NCBI GenBank assembly: GCA_964234715.1 | Contig: OZ174277.1 | Length of the DNA: 64,000 bases | Reading direction: 5' to 3' (one strand) | From: Podarcis melisellensis | Taxonomy: Eukaryota | Shown: one piece after another, positions 63,926-64,000 of the stretch | How positions within the stretch are numbered: the first letter of the stretch is position 1 | Layout of the letters: every line of letters starts with the position of its first letter | Translations under genes and position numbers: made by a program | Notes under the pieces: generated by a model | Told to the model about the DNA's origin: nothing | Seen by the model: only the letters and a program-made list of their open reading frames with translations | The model's database searches: none

Positions 63926-64000
63926 AAATTTTGTCGCTTCAGGCATTGATTTTAAAGCCTTGAATGGCGAACCTTGCTTCAGAGTAAGTATAGTTAAGAA

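Noticed and set aside
1-64000. The roughly 200 short ORFs in the six-frame track
   Set aside because: Apart from those overlapping MDGA1 exons, LINE remnants or the two exon candidates, they are chance ORFs in intronic DNA, microsatellite translations (poly-L/Y/I, RE repeats) or N-gap artefacts.

Overview
Eukaryotic (squamate reptile, most likely a lacertid lizard judging by Sauria/POM-type and Squam2/Squam3 SINEs) genomic DNA lying entirely inside the + strand gene MDGA1 (MAM domain-containing GPI-anchored Ig-superfamily synaptic protein). Seven consecutive coding exons (exons 2-8 by human numbering, 1539 nt, Ig1-Ig5) splice into one open frame with canonical GT-AG sites. The signal-peptide exon lies upstream of the window, and I could not find the Ig6/FnIII/MAM exons, so they presumably lie beyond position 64000. 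The rest is intronic and contains LINE fragments (CR1, L2, RTE/BovB, probable L1), SINEs, many MITEs, microsatellites and a 258-N assembly gap. Nearly all ORF-track entries are spurious. The most interesting signal is in the long intron after the Ig5 exon, which holds three unannotated phase-1-compatible exon candidates: a terminal exon encoding a GPI-signal-like C-terminus with an adjacent AATAAA (48971-49110), a 147-nt in-frame cassette (52462-52608) and a stop-containing terminal exon (from 57751). Together they suggest truncated or extended MDGA1 isoforms, but this is inference and needs RNA evidence. A decayed Penelope-type hammerhead ribozyme and a (CT)33 microsatellite serving as the polypyrimidine tract of the Ig3 exon are also notable.
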